A stretch of 64,000 nucleotides of DNA from Candidatus Latescibacterota bacterium (GTDB lineage Bacteria; Latescibacterota; UBA2968; UBA8231): NCBI GenBank assembly GCA_965197905.1, contig CBDAOB010000005.1, positions 2,176,001-2,240,000 of the forward strand, given 5' to 3'. Positions 22,680-36,074 of the stretch are shown piece after piece. Position 1 is the stretch's first letter. Each line of letters starts with the position of its first letter. The position numbers and the translations under genes were made by a program. The notes below the pieces were generated by a model that worked only from the letters and a program-made list of their open reading frames with translations, was not told where the DNA came from and did not search any database.

Positions 22680-23870
22680 TTATTCGACCACTTCGGTAAC
22701 AACGCCGGAACCGATCGTGCGGCCACCTTCGCGAATGGCGAACTTCAGCGTCTCCTCGATCGCGATTGGCTGAATCAACTCGACGTTCATGTTGACATTG
22801 TCGCCAGGCATCACCATCTCTGTTCCTTCTGGCAGCTCAATGGAGCCTGTAACATCGGTAGTCCGGAAGAAAAACTGCGGTCGATATCCGGTGAAGAAGG
22901 GTTTCTCACGGCCCCCTTCCTTGCTGGTCAAAACGTATACTTCGGCTTTGAATTTTGTGTGCGGAGTAATGGTTCCCGGATGGCACACAACCATGCCGCG
23001 GAGGAGCTCGTCTTTCTCGACGCCGCGTAGAAGCAGCCCGACGTTATCGCCGGCTTCCCCCTCATCCAGAAGCTTGCGAAACATCTCGACGCCGGTACAG
23101 ACGGTTTTCCGGGTGTCGCGGATTCCGACGATCTCGACATCTTCCCCGGTCTTTACGATTCCCCGCTCGATGCGGCCGGTGCCAACGGTTCCGCGCCCAG
23201 TAATACTGAATACATCTTCTACCGGCATCAGGAAGGGTTGATCTACCGGACGCGTGGGCATTGGAATGAACTCATCGACCGCCGCAACAAGACTGTCAAT
23301 CGATTGTGTTCCTGTCTCGCCTGCGTCTCCTTCGAGAGCTTTGAGGGCAGAGCCGCGGATTACCGGCGCATCGTCGCCTGGAAAATCGTATTCCGAAAGC
23401 AGTTCACGGGTCTCGAGCTCGACCAGGTCGAGAAGCTCTTCGTCATCCACCATATCTACCTTGTTCATATAGACAACGATCTGCGGGACGTTGACCTGAC
23501 GCGCCAGCAGAATGTGCTCGCGAGTCTGGATCATGGGACCGTCTGCAGCACTCACCACCAGGATCGCTCCGTCCATCTGGGCGGCACCCGTGATCATGTT
23601 CTTGATGTAGTCCGCGTGGCCAGGACAATCGACGTGGGCGTAATGGCGATTCTCGGTCTCATACTCCTGGTGAGAGACGTTGATCGTCACTCCGCGGGCT
23701 TTTTCCTCGGGCGCGTTGTCGATATCGTCGACACCTTTGGCTTCGGCCAGACCCTTGCTAGCCAAGTGCAGCGTAATGGCCGCCGTCAAGGTGGTCTTTC
23801 CGTGGTCCACGTGACCGATGGTTCCGATGTTCACGTGGGGTTTGTTGCGCTCGAATTTCTCCTTGGCCAT
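22680..23870 (-). CDS. tuf: Elongation factor Tu
   Basis: [30 protein letters not shown]. Confidence 0.99.
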   Translation of the reverse strand: MAKEKFERNKPHVNIGTIGHVDHGKTTLTAAITLHLASKGLAEAKGVDDIDNAPEEKARGVTINVSHQEYETENRHYAHVDCPGHADYIKNMITGAAQMDGAILVVSAADGPMIQTREHILLARQVNVPQIVVYMNKVDMVDDEELLDLVELETRELLSEYDFPGDDAPVIRGSALKALEGDAGETGTQSIDSLVAAVDEFIPMPTRPVDQPFLMPVEDVFSITGRGTVGTGRIERGIVKTGEDVEIVGIRDTRKTVCTGVEMFRKLLDEGEAGDNVGLLLRGVEKDELLRGMVVCHPGTITPHTKFKAEVYVLTSKEGGREKPFFTGYRPQFFFRTTDVTGSIELPEGTEMVMPGDNVNMNVELIQPIAIEETLKFAIREGGRTIGSGVVTEVVE

Positions 23871-23894
23871 CTCTCTACTCTCTCCTTATGTGGG

Positions 23895-26000
23895 TCACGC
23901 CGAACCGTCGGTGCCAGTCTTGTTTCCGTATGTGTTGGTGACGATCTCTTCCGTAATCTGCTGAGGCACTGCCAGGTATTTGGCAAACTGCAGCGTAAAT
24001 ACGCCCCTTCCCTGAGTAAGAGAGCGGAGGCGCGTAGCATACCCAAAGGTTTCCGCCAGAGGGACCAGAGCGGTTATCACCTGGGCATCCGACCTGTGAT
24101 TGACACCCTGAACGTTTCCACGATGGGCATTGATATCTCCTATGACATCGCCCATGTATTGCTCCGGCACCACGACCTCGAGTTCCATCACTGGCTCTAC
24201 TAGATACGGCGCCGAACGTCGCGCCCCATCCTTGAAGGCCATGGAGCCTGCCACCTTAAATGCCACCTCCGAGGAATCCACCTCGTGGTAGGAACCATCC
24301 ACCAGGGTAACCTTGACATCTTCGATGGGAAACCCGGCGACCGGACCTGAGGACATCGCCTCGCGAATACCTTCCCGCACCGGCGAAATGTACTCACGTG
24401 GGATATTGCCCCCCACGATCTTCGATTCAAACACCAGGCCAGTTCCGGCTTCGCCCGGTTCCATTTCGATTTCCACATGGCCGAACTGTCCGCGTCCGCC
24501 GGACTGGCGCACGAATCGTCCGGTAGCGGCGACAGGTTTCGCCAACGCCTCCTTATAAGCCACCTGCGGCCGTCCCACGTTCGCCTCGACATTGAACTCC
24601 CGAATCATGCGATCGATCAATATCTCGAGGTGCAACTCGCCCATTCCAGACATAATGGTCTGACCCGTGTCATCGTCGATTCGCACTTTGAAAGTCGGAT
24701 CCTCTTCGCTGAGCTTCTCCAGCGCAACGTGCAAATGCTCCTGGTCAGCCCGGGTCTTGGGCTCGATCGCAATGTGAATGACGGGATCGGCAAAATCGAT
24801 CTTTTCGAGAATGACCGGGGCTTGTTCCTGACACAAGGTGTCTCCGGTCGTAGTACCTTTAAGCCCTACAACGGCAACGATATCGCCGGCGTACACTTCC
24901 TTGCGCTCGGTGCGGTCATTGGCATGCATCTCGAGGATTCTTGAGATGCGTTCACGCCGCTCCGTAGTAGCGTTGAAGACGTATGAACCTGCCATCAGCG
25001 TCCCGGAGTAAATCCGCACGAAACTCAACCGACCCACAAACGGATCCGTCATTATCTTGAATGCTAGCGCGGCGAGGGGCTCTTCATCGCTCGCTTGCCG
25101 TGTTACCTCTTCTTCGGAATCGGGTAGGGTTCCCGTGATCTGCGGTACATCCGCCGGCGAGGGCAGGTACTTCACGACAGCGTCCAGAAGGCGTTGCACA
25201 CCTTTGTGTCTGAAGGCACTTCCGCAAACAACAGGAACAGCCTTGAGGGCGATCGTCGCCTCGCGCAAAGCAGCTTCTATCTCCTCTGATCCGATTTCCC
25301 TGCCTTCGAGAAACTTTTCCAGCAAGCCGTCGTCGAATTCCGCGACGGCCTCCAGGAGCTTCTCCCGGTAGGTCATGGCTTTTTCAACGAGGTCATCTGG
25401 AATGTCGTCGACGAAGAATTTTACGCCGTGGCTTCCCTCTTCGTAGGTCACCGCCTTCATATCGATAAGATCGATTAAGCCAGTAAACGTTTCACCCGTG
25501 CCAATAGGCAGCTGAACAGGTACAAAATTGCTGCCCAGGCGATTGCTAAGCATATCGAGAACGTTGTAGAAATCGGCGCCGTTTCGATCCATCTTGTTGA
25601 CAAAGGCGATCCGGGGAACGTTATAACGATCGGCTTGCCGCCACACGGTCTCGGACTGCGGCTCTACTCCGCCAACGGCACAAAAAACCCCTACGGCTCC
25701 GTCTAGGACCCGCAGGGATCGTTCGACCTCGGCCGTAAAATCTACGTGGCCGGGGGTGTCGATAATATTGATTCGGTGCCCATCCCAAAGGCAGGTGGTG
25801 GCAGCCGAGGTAATGGTGATGCCACGCTCGCGCTCCTGATCCATCCAGTCCATCGTGGTGTTGCCTTCGTGGACTTCACCCATTCGGTGTAAACGTCCTG
25901 TGTAGAACAGGATGCGCTCCGTCGTCGTGGTTTTGCCCGCATCGATATGAGCGGCGATGCCGATATTGCGGGTGGTGTCTATGTCGTACTCGCGAGCCAT
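23895..26000 (-). CDS. fusA: Elongation factor G
   Basis: [29 protein letters not shown]. Confidence 0.99.
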   Translation of the reverse strand: MAREYDIDTTRNIGIAAHIDAGKTTTTERILFYTGRLHRMGEVHEGNTTMDWMDQERERGITITSAATTCLWDGHRINIIDTPGHVDFTAEVERSLRVLDGAVGVFCAVGGVEPQSETVWRQADRYNVPRIAFVNKMDRNGADFYNVLDMLSNRLGSNFVPVQLPIGTGETFTGLIDLIDMKAVTYEEGSHGVKFFVDDIPDDLVEKAMTYREKLLEAVAEFDDGLLEKFLEGREIGSEEIEAALREATIALKAVPVVCGSAFRHKGVQRLLDAVVKYLPSPADVPQITGTLPDSEEEVTRQASDEEPLAALAFKIMTDPFVGRLSFVRIYSGTLMAGSYVFNATTERRERISRILEMHANDRTERKEVYAGDIVAVVGLKGTTTGDTLCQEQAPVILEKIDFADPVIHIAIEPKTRADQEHLHVALEKLSEEDPTFKVRIDDDTGQTIMSGMGELHLEILIDRMIREFNVEANVGRPQVAYKEALAKPVAATGRFVRQSGGRGQFGHVEIEMEPGEAGTGLVFESKIVGGNIPREYISPVREGIREAMSSGPVAGFPIEDVKVTLVDGSYHEVDSSEVAFKVAGSMAFKDGARRSAPYLVEPVMELEVVVPEQYMGDVIGDINAHRGNVQGVNHRSDAQVITALVPLAETFGYATRLRSLTQGRGVFTLQFAKYLAVPQQITEEIVTNTYGNKTGTDGSA

Positions 26001-26015
26001 CTCAACAAGTCTTCG

Positions 26016-26486
26016 TTAGAATCTGAAATGCGCAAACGCCTTGTTTGCATCGGCCATTCGGTGAACATCTTCCCGTTGGCGCACGGCGCCACCCTCACCC
26101 CTTGAGGCGGCCATAAACTCGTTGGCGAGGCGCTCGGCCATAGTGCGCTCCGCCCGCTCGCTGGCAAATCGGATCAACCAGCGAATCGAACGAGCTGTTC
26201 TTTCTTCCGGTCTCACTTCGATGGGAATCTGATACGTCTGCCCCCCCACCCTTCGCGAACGAACCATGATCATGGGTTTGGCATTTTCCACGGCCTTCTG
26301 GAAAACTTCGATGCCATCCTGGTCAGACTTGCTGTTTACAATGTCTATGGCAACGTAGAAGATCTTCTCCGCCACGCTCTTCTTGCCCTTTTTTATGAGG
26401 CTGTTGATGAACCTCGACACCAGCACGTTGGCAAACTTGGGATCGGGAAGAATCTGTCTTTTGACCGCTTTTCTTCTACGGGACAT
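26016..26486 (-). CDS. rpsG: 30S ribosomal protein S7
   Basis: PDPKF, SRRVGGQTYQIP, MADANKAFAHFR. Confidence 0.98.
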   Translation of the reverse strand: MSRRRKAVKRQILPDPKFANVLVSRFINSLIKKGKKSVAEKIFYVAIDIVNSKSDQDGIEVFQKAVENAKPMIMVRSRRVGGQTYQIPIEVRPEERTARSIRWLIRFASERAERTMAERLANEFMAASRGEGGAVRQREDVHRMADANKAFAHFRF

Positions 26487-26528
26487 AGGCTATTCGATAA
26501 CCTCGGATTTGCATATTCTGTAGCTCAT

Positions 26529-26906
26529 TTAAGACTTGTCGGGCTTGCGGGTCCCGTACTTCGAGCGACTCTGCCGGCGCTCGTCGACTCCGCTGGCATC
26601 GAGAACCCCGCGAATTATATGGTAGCGCACGCCGGGACAATCCTTCACACGGCCTCCGCGCACGAGCACGATCGAGTGCTCCTGGAGATTGTTTCCCTCT
26701 CCCGGTATGTACGCCGTAACCTCGGTTCCTGTCGTCAGTCGAACACGGGCCATTTTGCGCAACGCCGAGTTCGGTTTTTTTGGCGTAGAAGTGTAGACGC
26801 GCGTGCAGACACCGCGCCGTTGCGGGCACTTGTCGAGCGCCGGCGCGTCTTTCTTCTTGTAAATCTTCTTCCGCCCCTTGCGAATCAGTTGGCTAATGGT
26901 CGGCAA
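26529..26906 (-). CDS. rpsL: 30S ribosomal protein S12
   Basis: [32 protein letters not shown] start. Confidence 0.99.
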   Translation of the reverse strand: MPTISQLIRKGRKKIYKKKDAPALDKCPQRRGVCTRVYTSTPKKPNSALRKMARVRLTTGTEVTAYIPGEGNNLQEHSIVLVRGGRVKDCPGVRYHIIRGVLDASGVDERRQSRSKYGTRKPDKS

Positions 26907-26951
26907 GAATAAATTTCACTCCTGAATACGCGTAAAAATGGCAAACTTAAA

Positions 26952-26980
26952 AAGTTAAGGCCCGGTATTATATATGTCAA
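26952..26980 (-). promoter_or_regulatory. sigma70 promoter of the str (rpsL) operon
   Basis: Minus strand TTGACA-17 nt-TAACTT in the AT-rich rpoC-rpsL spacer. Confidence 0.75.
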
Positions 26981-26987
26981 TACAGTG

Positions 26988-29900
26988 TTACTGTTCCAAT
27001 GTTCCGGCGCCGATTTCCTCAAGATGTTTGGTACCGTCGCCATTCGAACCTTCCCCATTGTCCCCCGAATCGTCGTAAGTGACCGTCCGGTAGAGCTGGC
27101 TTCCAGTCCCAGCGGGGATCAAACGGCCAATGATTACATTCTCCTTCAAACCGCGCAGGTGGTCGATTTTGCCCTGCACCGCCGCTTCGGTCAGGACCCG
27201 TGTGGTCTCCTGAAAAGAGGCTGCGGATATGAAGCTGTCGGTCCGTAGCGATGCCCGCGTAATCCCGAGAAGGATCGGTTGACACGTGGAGGGATCTCCA
27301 CCCTCCATGAGCACCTTCTGGTTTTCTTTGTTGAAGCGAATCTTATCCACCTCCTCCCCTTCCAGGAAGTTGGTATCTCCGGGATCCATAACCCGGACCT
27401 TCTGCAACATCTGCTTGACGATCACCTCGATGTGTTTGTCGTTGATTTCGACGGCCTGGAGTCGGTAGACATCCTGGATCTCGTTGACCAGGTACTCCTG
27501 AACCTTGTTCACTCCTTGAACCCGAAGGATGTCGTGAGGGTTCACCGACCCCTCGGAAAGGCGCTCACCGGCGAATACCCGGTCGCCATCGTGGACTCGC
27601 AGATGTTTTCCGTATGGCACCAGATACTTGCGTTCCTCACCGTCTTCACCCGTCACGATCAACTCGCGGTTGCCGCGTACCAGGCCACCCAGCCGAACCG
27701 TGCCATCTATCTCGGAGATCACTGCAGGTTCTTTGGGACGGCGAGCTTCGAAGAGCTCGGCGACCCGAGGCAGTCCGCCAGTGATGTCGCGGGTCTTGGC
27801 GCGCTCGCGAGGTATCTTCACCAGCACCTGGCCTGGGGGAATTTCGGTCTTGTCGTTGACCAGGAGTCGCGCGCCCACCGGAATAATGTAGGTGCGCTTG
27901 CCCAGATTCTTGCTGTCCACTTCGATCTGGGGGCTCAAAGAGCGGTCACGTTGCTCGACGATACTCCGGGCACTCATGCCCGTCGTTTCATCGAACTCCT
28001 CCCGCATCGTCACTCCCTCTTCGATGTCGACGAATTTCACCTTTCCAGGGCGGTCGCTGATTATGACGATGTTGTAAGGGTCCCATTCGTAGAGAACCTG
28101 TGTGGGATCCACTTCATGGTCGGCCTCCACTTTAAGGTGGGCACCGTACGGTACGTTTACGCGCGAACGCACCCGATTCTGCTCATCCAGAAGCTCAATT
28201 TCACCATTGCGGCCGACGACAGTCTTTCCAAGATCCGGATGGTCGACCGTATTTACGTTGACCAGATTTACGGTGCCCTGACGGCGGGCCATGATTTGGG
28301 ACTGCTCGGCGATGCGGCTGGCTGTGCCACCGATGTGGAAAGTGCGCAAAGTCAACTGCGTGCCCGGCTCCCCGATGCTCTGAGCCGCGATGACGCCCGT
28401 GGCCTCACCCACATTGACCGGTTTTCCAGTGGCGAGATTTCTTCCGTAACACTGGATGCAGACGCCACGCTCCGATTCGCAGGTCAGCACGGACCGGATG
28501 AGCACCTGCTCCAAGCCGGCCTGGGCAATCTTGTTGGCATCCTCCTCTTCGAGCAATGTGCCGTTCACGACCACGACGTTGCCATCAGCGTCGACGGCAT
28601 CTTCCAGAATGACACGCCCCACAATGCGGTCGGCCAACGGTTCGACGATCTCTTCACCATCCTTGAGAGCGCCGATCCACAAACCTTGGACGGTTCCACA
28701 ATCGCCCTCGCTGATGACCACGTCCTGCGCCACATCGACCATTCTCCGAGTCAGATAACCCGCCTCGGCGGTCTTGAGCGCTGTGTCCGCCAGCCCCTTC
28801 CGGGCTCCGTGGGTGGAAATGAAATACTCCAGAACCGACAGGCCCTCTTTGAAGGACGCGATGATCGGTGTCTCTATGATTTCGCCGACGGCTCCGGTCA
28901 GCTTCTTCTGCGGTTTGTTCATCAGCCCGCGCATGCCCCCGAGCTGTTTTATCTGATCCTCGTTGCCACGGGCGCCTGAGTCTTCCATGATGAACACGGA
29001 GTTGAAACCTTCCTCCGCCTCTTCAAGCGTCCGCTGCGTAGCCCGCGACACTGCAGAGGTCGCGTGGGTCCAGATGTCGATGATCTTGTTATAGCGTTCG
29101 CCATCGGTGATGATTCCATTGGCGTACTGGTCGCCTACCTTCTCCACCTCGGTCAACGCTTCGTTGATCAGCTTGTCTTTATCAGTGGGCACCACGACAT
29201 CATCTATGGATATGGTGATGCCGGCCATCGTCGCACTTTGGTAACCCAGCTTCTTGAGTTGATCCACAAACTCTGCCGTTCGCCGGTTCCCCAGATGGCG
29301 GTGGACCTGGGACGTGATCTGCTTGATGTCGCTCTTGGCCACCGCTCGATTGATAAAACCGATCTCTTCGGGCAATACCTCATTGAAGATGAGACGTCCG
29401 ACTGTCGTGTCGATGATTTCACCATCGATGCGAACCTTGATCGGCTGGTGCAGCTTTAGGCGATCGGTTTCATACGCGATGCGAGCTTCCACAGCATTGG
29501 CAAATGTTCGCTCCGAATTCTCAACATCGCTGAACCGCACCTTGGTCAGGAAATTGCTTCCCAGGACGATGTCCTGCGGACTGTCCATCAACACGGGCTC
29601 GCCATCGGCCGGTTTGAGAATATTGTTTGAGGCAAGCATCAGCAGACGGGCTTCGATCTGGGCCTCAAAAGAGAGAGGAACGTGGACCGCCATTTGATCG
29701 CCGTCGAAGTCGGCGTTGAACGCGGCGCACACGAGTGGATGAAGGCGGATCGCCTTCCCCTCAACCAGAATCGGCTGGAACGCCTGAATGCCCAGGCGGT
29801 GTAATGTGGGAGCACGGTTCAGGAGCACGCAGTGATCCTGGATGATCTCTTCCAGAATGTCCCATACCTCGGGACGTTCTCGCTCCACAAGCTTCTTGGC

Positions 29901-31076
29901 ACTCTTAACCGTCTGCACCATGCCCTTCTCTTCAAGCTTCTTGATTACGAAAGGCTTGAACAGTTCCAGGGCCATGCTCTTAGGGAGACCGCATTGGTGC
30001 AGCTTGAGTTCGGGTCCCACGACGATGACGGAACGTCCTGAGTAATCGACCCGCTTGCCCAGCAGGTTCTGCCTGAAACGTCCCTGTTTTCCTTTGAGCA
30101 GATCGCTCAGCGATTTCAGGGATCGGTTGCCATCGCCACGGACCGCCCGTGATCGACGGCCGTTGTCGAACAGGGCATCAACTGCCTCCTGCAACATGCG
30201 TTTTTCGTTTCGCAGGATGACTTCCGGCGCTTTTATGCTGATCAGCTTTTTCAAACGGTTGTTCCGGTTGATCACGCGACGATACAGATCGTTCAGATCG
30301 GAAGTGGCGAATCGCCCGCCCTCCAACGGCACCAACGGTCGCAGGTCGGGCGGAATCACTGGAATGTTGTCAAGGATCATCCATTCCGGGCTGTTTTCCG
30401 ATTGGCGGAACGCCTCGACGACCTTCAGGCGTTTGAGGGCTTCCTGCTTGCGCTGAATGGAGGTCTCCATTCGGACCTGTGTCCGTAGTTCCGCGGACAA
30501 CTCCTCGATATCAATGGAGGCCAGCAAATGTTTGACCCCCAACGCTCCCATATCGACCTCCGGATCGAAACCTTGCTCCCGAAGCTCCATCAACTCTTCT
30601 TCGGTAAGCAGGCTGAGACGTTCAATCGGGGCATCTCGCGGATCGACCACGACGTAGGATTCGTAATAGAGAATACGCTCGAGGTTCCGCATGGAGATGT
30701 CGAGCAAAGCCCCTATTCTGGAGGGCAGCGACTTGAAATACCAAATGTGGGATACGGACACGGCAAGCTCGATGTGGCCTAGGCGTTCGCGCCGCACCTT
30801 GGCCTGTGTGACCTCTACACCACATCGATCACACACCACGCCACGGTACCTGATCCCCTTGTATTTGCCACAATGGCAGGTCCAGTCTTTGACTGGACCG
30901 AAGATTCGTTCGCAGAAAAGGCCGTCGCGTTCCGGTTTGAAAGATCGGTAATTTATCGTTTCCGGCTTCGTCACCTCTCCATGTGACCAGGCCCGAATGG
31001 TATCGGGAGACGCAAGTTGAATGCGAATGGAATCGAAATCAACCGCTTTTCTCGAAAGCATTGAACTTTCTAACAA
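26988..31076 (-). CDS. rpoC: RNA polymerase beta' subunit
   Basis: [12 protein letters not shown], Zn-finger CHC...[12 protein letters not shown]. Confidence 0.99.
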   Translation of the reverse strand: MLESSMLSRKAVDFDSIRIQLASPDTIRAWSHGEVTKPETINYRSFKPERDGLFCERIFGPVKDWTCHCGKYKGIRYRGVVCDRCGVEVTQAKVRRERLGHIELAVSVSHIWYFKSLPSRIGALLDISMRNLERILYYESYVVVDPRDAPIERLSLLTEEELMELREQGFDPEVDMGALGVKHLLASIDIEELSAELRTQVRMETSIQRKQEALKRLKVVEAFRQSENSPEWMILDNIPVIPPDLRPLVPLEGGRFATSDLNDLYRRVINRNNRLKKLISIKAPEVILRNEKRMLQEAVDALFDNGRRSRAVRGDGNRSLKSLSDLLKGKQGRFRQNLLGKRVDYSGRSVIVVGPELKLHQCGLPKSMALELFKPFVIKKLEEKGMVQTVKSAKKLVERERPEVWDILEEIIQDHCVLLNRAPTLHRLGIQAFQPILVEGKAIRLHPLVCAAFNADFDGDQMAVHVPLSFEAQIEARLLMLASNNILKPADGEPVLMDSPQDIVLGSNFLTKVRFSDVENSERTFANAVEARIAYETDRLKLHQPIKVRIDGEIIDTTVGRLIFNEVLPEEIGFINRAVAKSDIKQITSQVHRHLGNRRTAEFVDQLKKLGYQSATMAGITISIDDVVVPTDKDKLINEALTEVEKVGDQYANGIITDGERYNKIIDIWTHATSAVSRATQRTLEEAEEGFNSVFIMEDSGARGNEDQIKQLGGMRGLMNKPQKKLTGAVGEIIETPIIASFKEGLSVLEYFISTHGARKGLADTALKTAEAGYLTRRMVDVAQDVVISEGDCGTVQGLWIGALKDGEEIVEPLADRIVGRVILEDAVDADGNVVVVNGTLLEEEDANKIAQAGLEQVLIRSVLTCESERGVCIQCYGRNLATGKPVNVGEATGVIAAQSIGEPGTQLTLRTFHIGGTASRIAEQSQIMARRQGTVNLVNVNTVDHPDLGKTVVGRNGEIELLDEQNRVRSRVNVPYGAHLKVEADHEVDPTQVLYEWDPYNIVIISDRPGKVKFVDIEEGVTMREEFDETTGMSARSIVEQRDRSLSPQIEVDSKNLGKRTYIIPVGARLLVNDKTEIPPGQVLVKIPRERAKTRDITGGLPRVAELFEARRPKEPAVISEIDGTVRLGGLVRGNRELIVTGEDGEERKYLVPYGKHLRVHDGDRVFAGERLSEGSVNPHDILRVQGVNKVQEYLVNEIQDVYRLQAVEINDKHIEVIVKQMLQKVRVMDPGDTNFLEGEEVDKIRFNKENQKVLMEGGDPSTCQPILLGITRASLRTDSFISAASFQETTRVLTEAAVQGKIDHLRGLKENVIIGRLIPAGTGSQLYRTVTYDDSGDNGEGSNGDGTKHLEEIGAGTLEQ

Positions 31077-31107
31077 GGCAACCCCCCTTTGGTGAGTATC
31101 TCGGTCC

Positions 31108-34100
31108 TCAATATGGTTCGACGATACTGCTGTCTTCGAGGATTACATCGAGGCAAAGACTCTGCAGTTCCTTTACCAACACGTTGAACGACTCGGGCAC
31201 ACCCGGCTCGGGAGGATTTTCTCCTTTCACAATGGCTTCGTAGATCTTGGACCGACCGGCTACGTCGTCTGATTTTACGGTCAACATCTCCTGCAGGGTG
31301 TAAGCCGAGCCGTACGCCTCCAGGGCCCAAACCTCCATTTCTCCGAATCGCTGGCCACCGAACTGCGCCTTCCCACCCAGCGGTTGCTGGGTTACCAGCG
31401 AATACGGCCCGATCGAGCGTGCGTGAATCTTGTCAGCAACGAGATGAGAGAGTTTGAGGATGTAAATAAAACCGACCGTTACCCGCTTATCGAACTGCTT
31501 GCCGGTGCGACCGTCGTACAGATCGGCTTTGCCATCCGGGTTTAGCCCCGCAGCTTCTAGATTCGACTTCACCTCGGCCAAGGTAGCGCCATCGAACACC
31601 GGTGTGGCAATGTGAAGGTCCATCTTGTGCGCAGCCATTCCCAGGTGGGTCTCGAAGATCTGCCCCAAGTTCATCCGCGACGGAACACCCAGTGGATTCA
31701 GCACGATGTCGATCGGAGTGCCATCTTCCATGTATGGCATATCCTCTTCGGGCACGATCTGGGCTACCACACCCTTGTTTCCATGGCGACCCGCCATCTT
31801 GTCTCCCACGGCTAACTTGCGCCGCTTGGCGACGTAGACCTTCACCAGCTGCACGATACCGGGAGGAAGCTCGTCCCCTCGGGTCATGCGTTCGATCGTA
31901 CGTTCGGTCTGCTCATCGATCAGCTGCAGCTGCTCCTGTGCATAACGCAACAACTCCTCGATCTTGGCGTTGACGTTGTCATTGTCAGTCCAACCATCTT
32001 CGGCCACAACGCTGAAGAGATCGATCCGCTCAAAAAGCCGCTCGCTTATTTGAGTGCCTTCGCGTACCACGACGCTGTCGTCTTCCGGGCTGCGCAACCG
32101 ACCAAGCCTGTGGCCACTGAGCAACTCCTCGAGTTGGCGTTCCAACTCGCGCCGCAACTCTTGGGACTTCTGCTCGGCTTCGACCCTCAGCTCGGCCACG
32201 GCGTTCTTCTCCCGCTTGCGCGACCCTTCACTGCGTTCCTTGCGCGAGAAAACCCGCCGATCGATGACCACTCCCTCCATTCCAGGGGGAGCCTTGAGGG
32301 AAGCGTCGCGCACATCGCCCGCCTTTTCGCCAAAAATGGCCCGCAGCAAGCGCTCTTCGGGAGACAGCTCTGTCTCGCCTTTGGGCGTTACCTTGCCCAC
32401 GAGAATGTCGCCCGGAGCAACCTCTGCGCCGATGCGAATGATACCCTCTTCGTCGAGGTTGCGGACGGCGACCTCACTGACGTTGGGAATCTCCCGTGTG
32501 ATTTCCTCCTGACCCCGTTTGGTGTCGCGAACCTGGAGTTCGAACTCTTCGATGTGGACGGATGTGAAGATGTCGTTCTTCAGCAAACGCTCACTTATGA
32601 CGATGGCATCCTCGAAGTTGTAGCCGTTCCACGGCATGAACGCCACCAGCACGTTCATGCCCAGCGCCAGATCGCCGTGTTCGGTAGCGGGGCCGTCGGC
32701 CAGCACATCGCCGGTCAACACTTTGTCGCCCCGCATTACCATGGGGCGCTGGTTGATGCAGCAATCCTGATTGGAGCGACTGAATTTGACGAGTTTGTAT
32801 TCGTCTTGGTCCGCCGTGTCGAGGGGGGTCAGCGGGGTGCTTCGCTTCTTGTCGCGACGGACCACGATTCGATCCGCCTCTACGGAGATTACCTCACCCG
32901 GGTTTCGTGCCAACACGAGCGCCCCGGAATCTCGAGCGACCTTGGACTCCATGCCCGTTCCAACTCGCGGAGCCTGGGGGAAGAGTAGTGGCACGGCTTG
33001 GCGCTGCATGTTCGAACCCATCAGAGCCCGGTTGGCATCGTCGTGCTCGAGGAAGGGGATCAAGGCTGCTGCCGCACTCACTAACTGTTTGGGAGAGACG
33101 TCCATGTACTGGACCTCGTCGGGGGTAACCATCGGATAGTCGTCGCGGCTGCGTGCCGCTACCAGGTCATTGACGAAATTGCCTTTGTCGTCCAGCGGCT
33201 CGTTGGCCTGGGCGATGGTGTATCGATCCTCCTGATCGGCCGTGAGAAACTCGATCTCGTTGGTAACCTTGCCATTGACGACGGCGCGGTACGGGGTTTC
33301 CACGAAACCGAAAGCATTCACCCGAGCGTAGGTGCTCAATGAGGAGATAAGACCGATGTTCGGCCCTTCCGGGGTTTCGACGGGACAAATGCGGCCGTAA
33401 TGAGTGTAGTGCACATCGCGAACCTCGAAACCGGCTCGGTCTCGGCTCAATCCACCCGGTCCGAGGGCGCTTAGCCGCCTCTTGTGAGTGAGTTCATCGA
33501 GGGGATTGGTCTGCTGCATGAACTGGGAAAGCTGACTGCTTCCAAAGAAGGCTTGCACGACGGTGGAGACCGTCCGGGCGTTGACCAGGTCATGCGGCGT
33601 CAGCTGTTCGTCGTCGCGCAGACTCATCCGCTCGCGGATCGTGCGAGACATGCGCGTCAATCCGATACTGAACTGATTGGCTAGCAACTCGCCGACGAGC
33701 CTAACTCGCCGATTTCCAAGGTGATCGATATCGTCGGTGTTGCCCTGGCCGACCCTTAGAAGCAGCAGATACCTGATGATCGCGGTGAAATCTTCGACGT
33801 GGAGAATCGTGCTTTCGAACGGAATCCCCACATCCAATCTGCTATTGATCCTGTAACGACCCACATCCCCCAGATTATACCGTTTAGGATTGAAGAAAAG
33901 CCGCTCCAGAAGACCTCGGGCGGTCTCGATGTTTGGTGGATCCCCGGGACGCAGGAGGTTGTAGATGCGCGTAAGGGCCTCTTCTTCGTCCTCGCTCGGA
34001 TCTTTGTTGAGTGTGTTTTCCATGACACCGGGGTCGCTGCCTTCCGGCGCGGCGAGCACCTTCAGCTTCTTGAACCTGGCCTTCTTTAGGGCTTCGACAT

Positions 34101-34896
34101 GCTCCTGAGTTATCGTGTCGTAGGCACCCAGAATGACCTCACCCGTCTTCTTGTCGATGATATCCTGCCCAGCATTAATCCTATCAGCGATCTCCTCGTC
34201 GATCACAGCATCCGCATCCTCGCGGAAAAGGGATAGAATCTCCCCATTTTTGGAGAACCCAAGGGCGCGCAGCAACAAGCTGACGGGGAGTTTTCGCCTG
34301 CGATCGATATGGACATACATGATATCGTTGATGTCCATGCTGAACTCCAACCAAGGACCCTTGTAGGGGAGAATCCTGGCGGAGAGCAGGCGCTTCCCAT
34401 TCGGGTGCATCGTCTCGTCGAAGAAGACGCCAGGCGACCTGTGCAGCTGACTGACGACCACTCGCTCAGCCCCGTTGACGATGAAGGTTCCCTGATCCGT
34501 CATCAGCGGCAGCTCACCCAGAAAAACCGACTGTTCCACCACGTCTTTTATCGGCTTATCTGGGCTCTCTTTGTCGCGACTGACCAGTCGAAGCGTCGCC
34601 CGCAACGGGGCGGCAAACGTCATGCCGCGCTCGCGACACTCCTCCTGACTGTAACGCGGGTTACCTATGGAATAATCGACGTACTCGAGGGAATGGATTC
34701 CGTGAACATCCGCTACCGGAAAGATGCTTTCAAAGACCAGGTGGAGACCTCTGTTCTTGCGTTTGCTCGGCGGTAGATCCAGCTGCAGGAACGACTCGTA
34801 GGAATCGATCTGGATGGAGAGAAGATTCGGCATTTCCACCACTTCCGCGATCTTGCCGAAACTGTGACGCTGGGTACGGCCATTGTTAGCAGCCAA
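31108..34896 (-). CDS. rpoB: RNA polymerase beta subunit
   Basis: [38 protein letters not shown]. Confidence 0.99.
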   Translation of the reverse strand: MAANNGRTQRHSFGKIAEVVEMPNLLSIQIDSYESFLQLDLPPSKRKNRGLHLVFESIFPVADVHGIHSLEYVDYSIGNPRYSQEECRERGMTFAAPLRATLRLVSRDKESPDKPIKDVVEQSVFLGELPLMTDQGTFIVNGAERVVVSQLHRSPGVFFDETMHPNGKRLLSARILPYKGPWLEFSMDINDIMYVHIDRRRKLPVSLLLRALGFSKNGEILSLFREDADAVIDEEIADRINAGQDIIDKKTGEVILGAYDTITQEHVEALKKARFKKLKVLAAPEGSDPGVMENTLNKDPSEDEEEALTRIYNLLRPGDPPNIETARGLLERLFFNPKRYNLGDVGRYRINSRLDVGIPFESTILHVEDFTAIIRYLLLLRVGQGNTDDIDHLGNRRVRLVGELLANQFSIGLTRMSRTIRERMSLRDDEQLTPHDLVNARTVSTVVQAFFGSSQLSQFMQQTNPLDELTHKRRLSALGPGGLSRDRAGFEVRDVHYTHYGRICPVETPEGPNIGLISSLSTYARVNAFGFVETPYRAVVNGKVTNEIEFLTADQEDRYTIAQANEPLDDKGNFVNDLVAARSRDDYPMVTPDEVQYMDVSPKQLVSAAAALIPFLEHDDANRALMGSNMQRQAVPLLFPQAPRVGTGMESKVARDSGALVLARNPGEVISVEADRIVVRRDKKRSTPLTPLDTADQDEYKLVKFSRSNQDCCINQRPMVMRGDKVLTGDVLADGPATEHGDLALGMNVLVAFMPWNGYNFEDAIVISERLLKNDIFTSVHIEEFELQVRDTKRGQEEITREIPNVSEVAVRNLDEEGIIRIGAEVAPGDILVGKVTPKGETELSPEERLLRAIFGEKAGDVRDASLKAPPGMEGVVIDRRVFSRKERSEGSRKREKNAVAELRVEAEQKSQELRRELERQLEELLSGHRLGRLRSPEDDSVVVREGTQISERLFERIDLFSVVAEDGWTDNDNVNAKIEELLRYAQEQLQLIDEQTERTIERMTRGDELPPGIVQLVKVYVAKRRKLAVGDKMAGRHGNKGVVAQIVPEEDMPYMEDGTPIDIVLNPLGVPSRMNLGQIFETHLGMAAHKMDLHIATPVFDGATLAEVKSNLEAAGLNPDGKADLYDGRTGKQFDKRVTVGFIYILKLSHLVADKIHARSIGPYSLVTQQPLGGKAQFGGQRFGEMEVWALEAYGSAYTLQEMLTVKSDDVAGRSKIYEAIVKGENPPEPGVPESFNVLVKELQSLCLDVILEDSSIVEPY

Positions 34897-34931
34897 CTGT
34901 ATAGCTCCTTACTGTTCGCTCAGTTCAAGGC

Positions 34932-34987
34932 AAAAGCCCATGGATTGGCGTGCTGATCCGCCTTCGGGGACAGCGATCCATGAGCTT
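34932..34987 (-). promoter_or_regulatory. Long hairpin with short U-tract in the rplL-rpoB spacer (attenuator-like)
   Basis: Outer stem AAGCTCATGGAT/ATCCATGGGCTT encloses inner GCTG/CAGC and TCC/GGA stems and runs into TTTTG. Confidence 0.55.
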
Positions 34988-35072
34988 CGCGACAGTGCCA
35001 GTTGATGTTGCTGGATGTGGGAAGGTAGAAGTATCTGTCAAAGTGCAGTGGTCTGCGCTAGGCGCATGGCAC

Positions 35073-35474
35073 TTATTTGATCTCCACAGACGCACCCGCG
35101 TCCTGCAGGCGATTCTGAATGTCCTCTGCCTCTTGTTTGGTCACCCCTTCCTTGACCGGATTCGGGGCGTCGTCTACGAGGGCTTTCGCTTCCTTGAGCC
35201 CGAGACTGGTGATCTCGCGGACCACCTTGATTACCTGGATCTTTTTCTCTCCCACTCCGGTCAAAACGACATCGAACGAGTCCTTTTCCTCTTCCGCGGC
35301 ACCATCGTCACCAGCGCCAGCCATGGCCCCAGCCATCATTACCGGCGCAGCAGCGGAAACTCCGAACTTGTCTTCGAGCGCTTTGACCAGCTCGGCGAGC
35401 TCTAGAACCGACAGCCCGCCGATGGTTTCAATGAGCTCACCAACCTTGGCGCTCGGTGCTATTTCTTCGGTCAT
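35073..35474 (-). CDS. rplL: 50S ribosomal protein L7/L12
   Basis: [42 protein letters not shown]. Start at ATG 35474 with GGAGA SD. Confidence 0.98.
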   Translation of the reverse strand: MTEEIAPSAKVGELIETIGGLSVLELAELVKALEDKFGVSAAAPVMMAGAMAGAGDDGAAEEEKDSFDVVLTGVGEKKIQVIKVVREITSLGLKEAKALVDDAPNPVKEGVTKQEAEDIQNRLQDAGASVEIK

Positions 35475-35520
35475 CTTCTTGTCTCCCAATAAATGGTAAC
35501 GTCAAATTTCTGGTGATATC

Positions 35521-36051
35521 TTAGGCGGCATCGGCGCCGGCTTGCTTTTCCTGCACTGCTGCCAATACGCCAACGAGATTTCTAAGTAGCCCGTTCAAAA
35601 CCAAGGCGAGGCCAGAAAGCGGACTCTGCACGGTGCAGACGAGCTTGCCCAGCAACTCCTGGTGGGACGGAAGTGAGGCAATCTCCACGACCTTGTCGGC
35701 GGTGAGAAACTCACCCTCAAACAATCCCATTTTGATCGCAATCTTGCCATCGGCGCCGGCATACTCTTGGAGAATTTTCGCGGATGCGATCGGGTCATCT
35801 GCGGCAAATGCCATCGCCGTAGGACCGGTCAAATGTTCAATCAGGCCATCTAGCCCGGCTGCTTCCGCCGCCAGCTTGGCCAGCCGGTTCTTGACCACCT
35901 TGTAATCCACAGACGCGGCCCGCAGCTTCTGGCGCATCTCCGTCACCGTTTCCACATCCATGCCGGTGAAATCGGCGAGGAAGATCGCCTTGGCGCCGTT
36001 CATGGATTCGGTGAGCTCGGCGACGCTCTGTTTCTTTTCGTCAGTCGACAT
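35521..36051 (-). CDS. rplJ: 50S ribosomal protein L10
   Basis: [20 protein letters not shown]. Confidence 0.97.
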   Translation of the reverse strand: MSTDEKKQSVAELTESMNGAKAIFLADFTGMDVETVTEMRQKLRAASVDYKVVKNRLAKLAAEAAGLDGLIEHLTGPTAMAFAADDPIASAKILQEYAGADGKIAIKMGLFEGEFLTADKVVEIASLPSHQELLGKLVCTVQSPLSGLALVLNGLLRNLVGVLAAVQEKQAGADAA

Positions 36052-36074
36052 CCGTTTGCCCTATTTCAGATTGA

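Noticed and set aside
27279..28979. 566-aa plus-strand ORF and similar long antisense ORFs (e.g. 23238-24203, 32050-32988, 53936-54901, 7359-8138)
   Set aside because: They mirror strongly conserved or clearly coding genes and have no recognisable motifs. Such shadow ORFs are expected from GC-rich codon bias.
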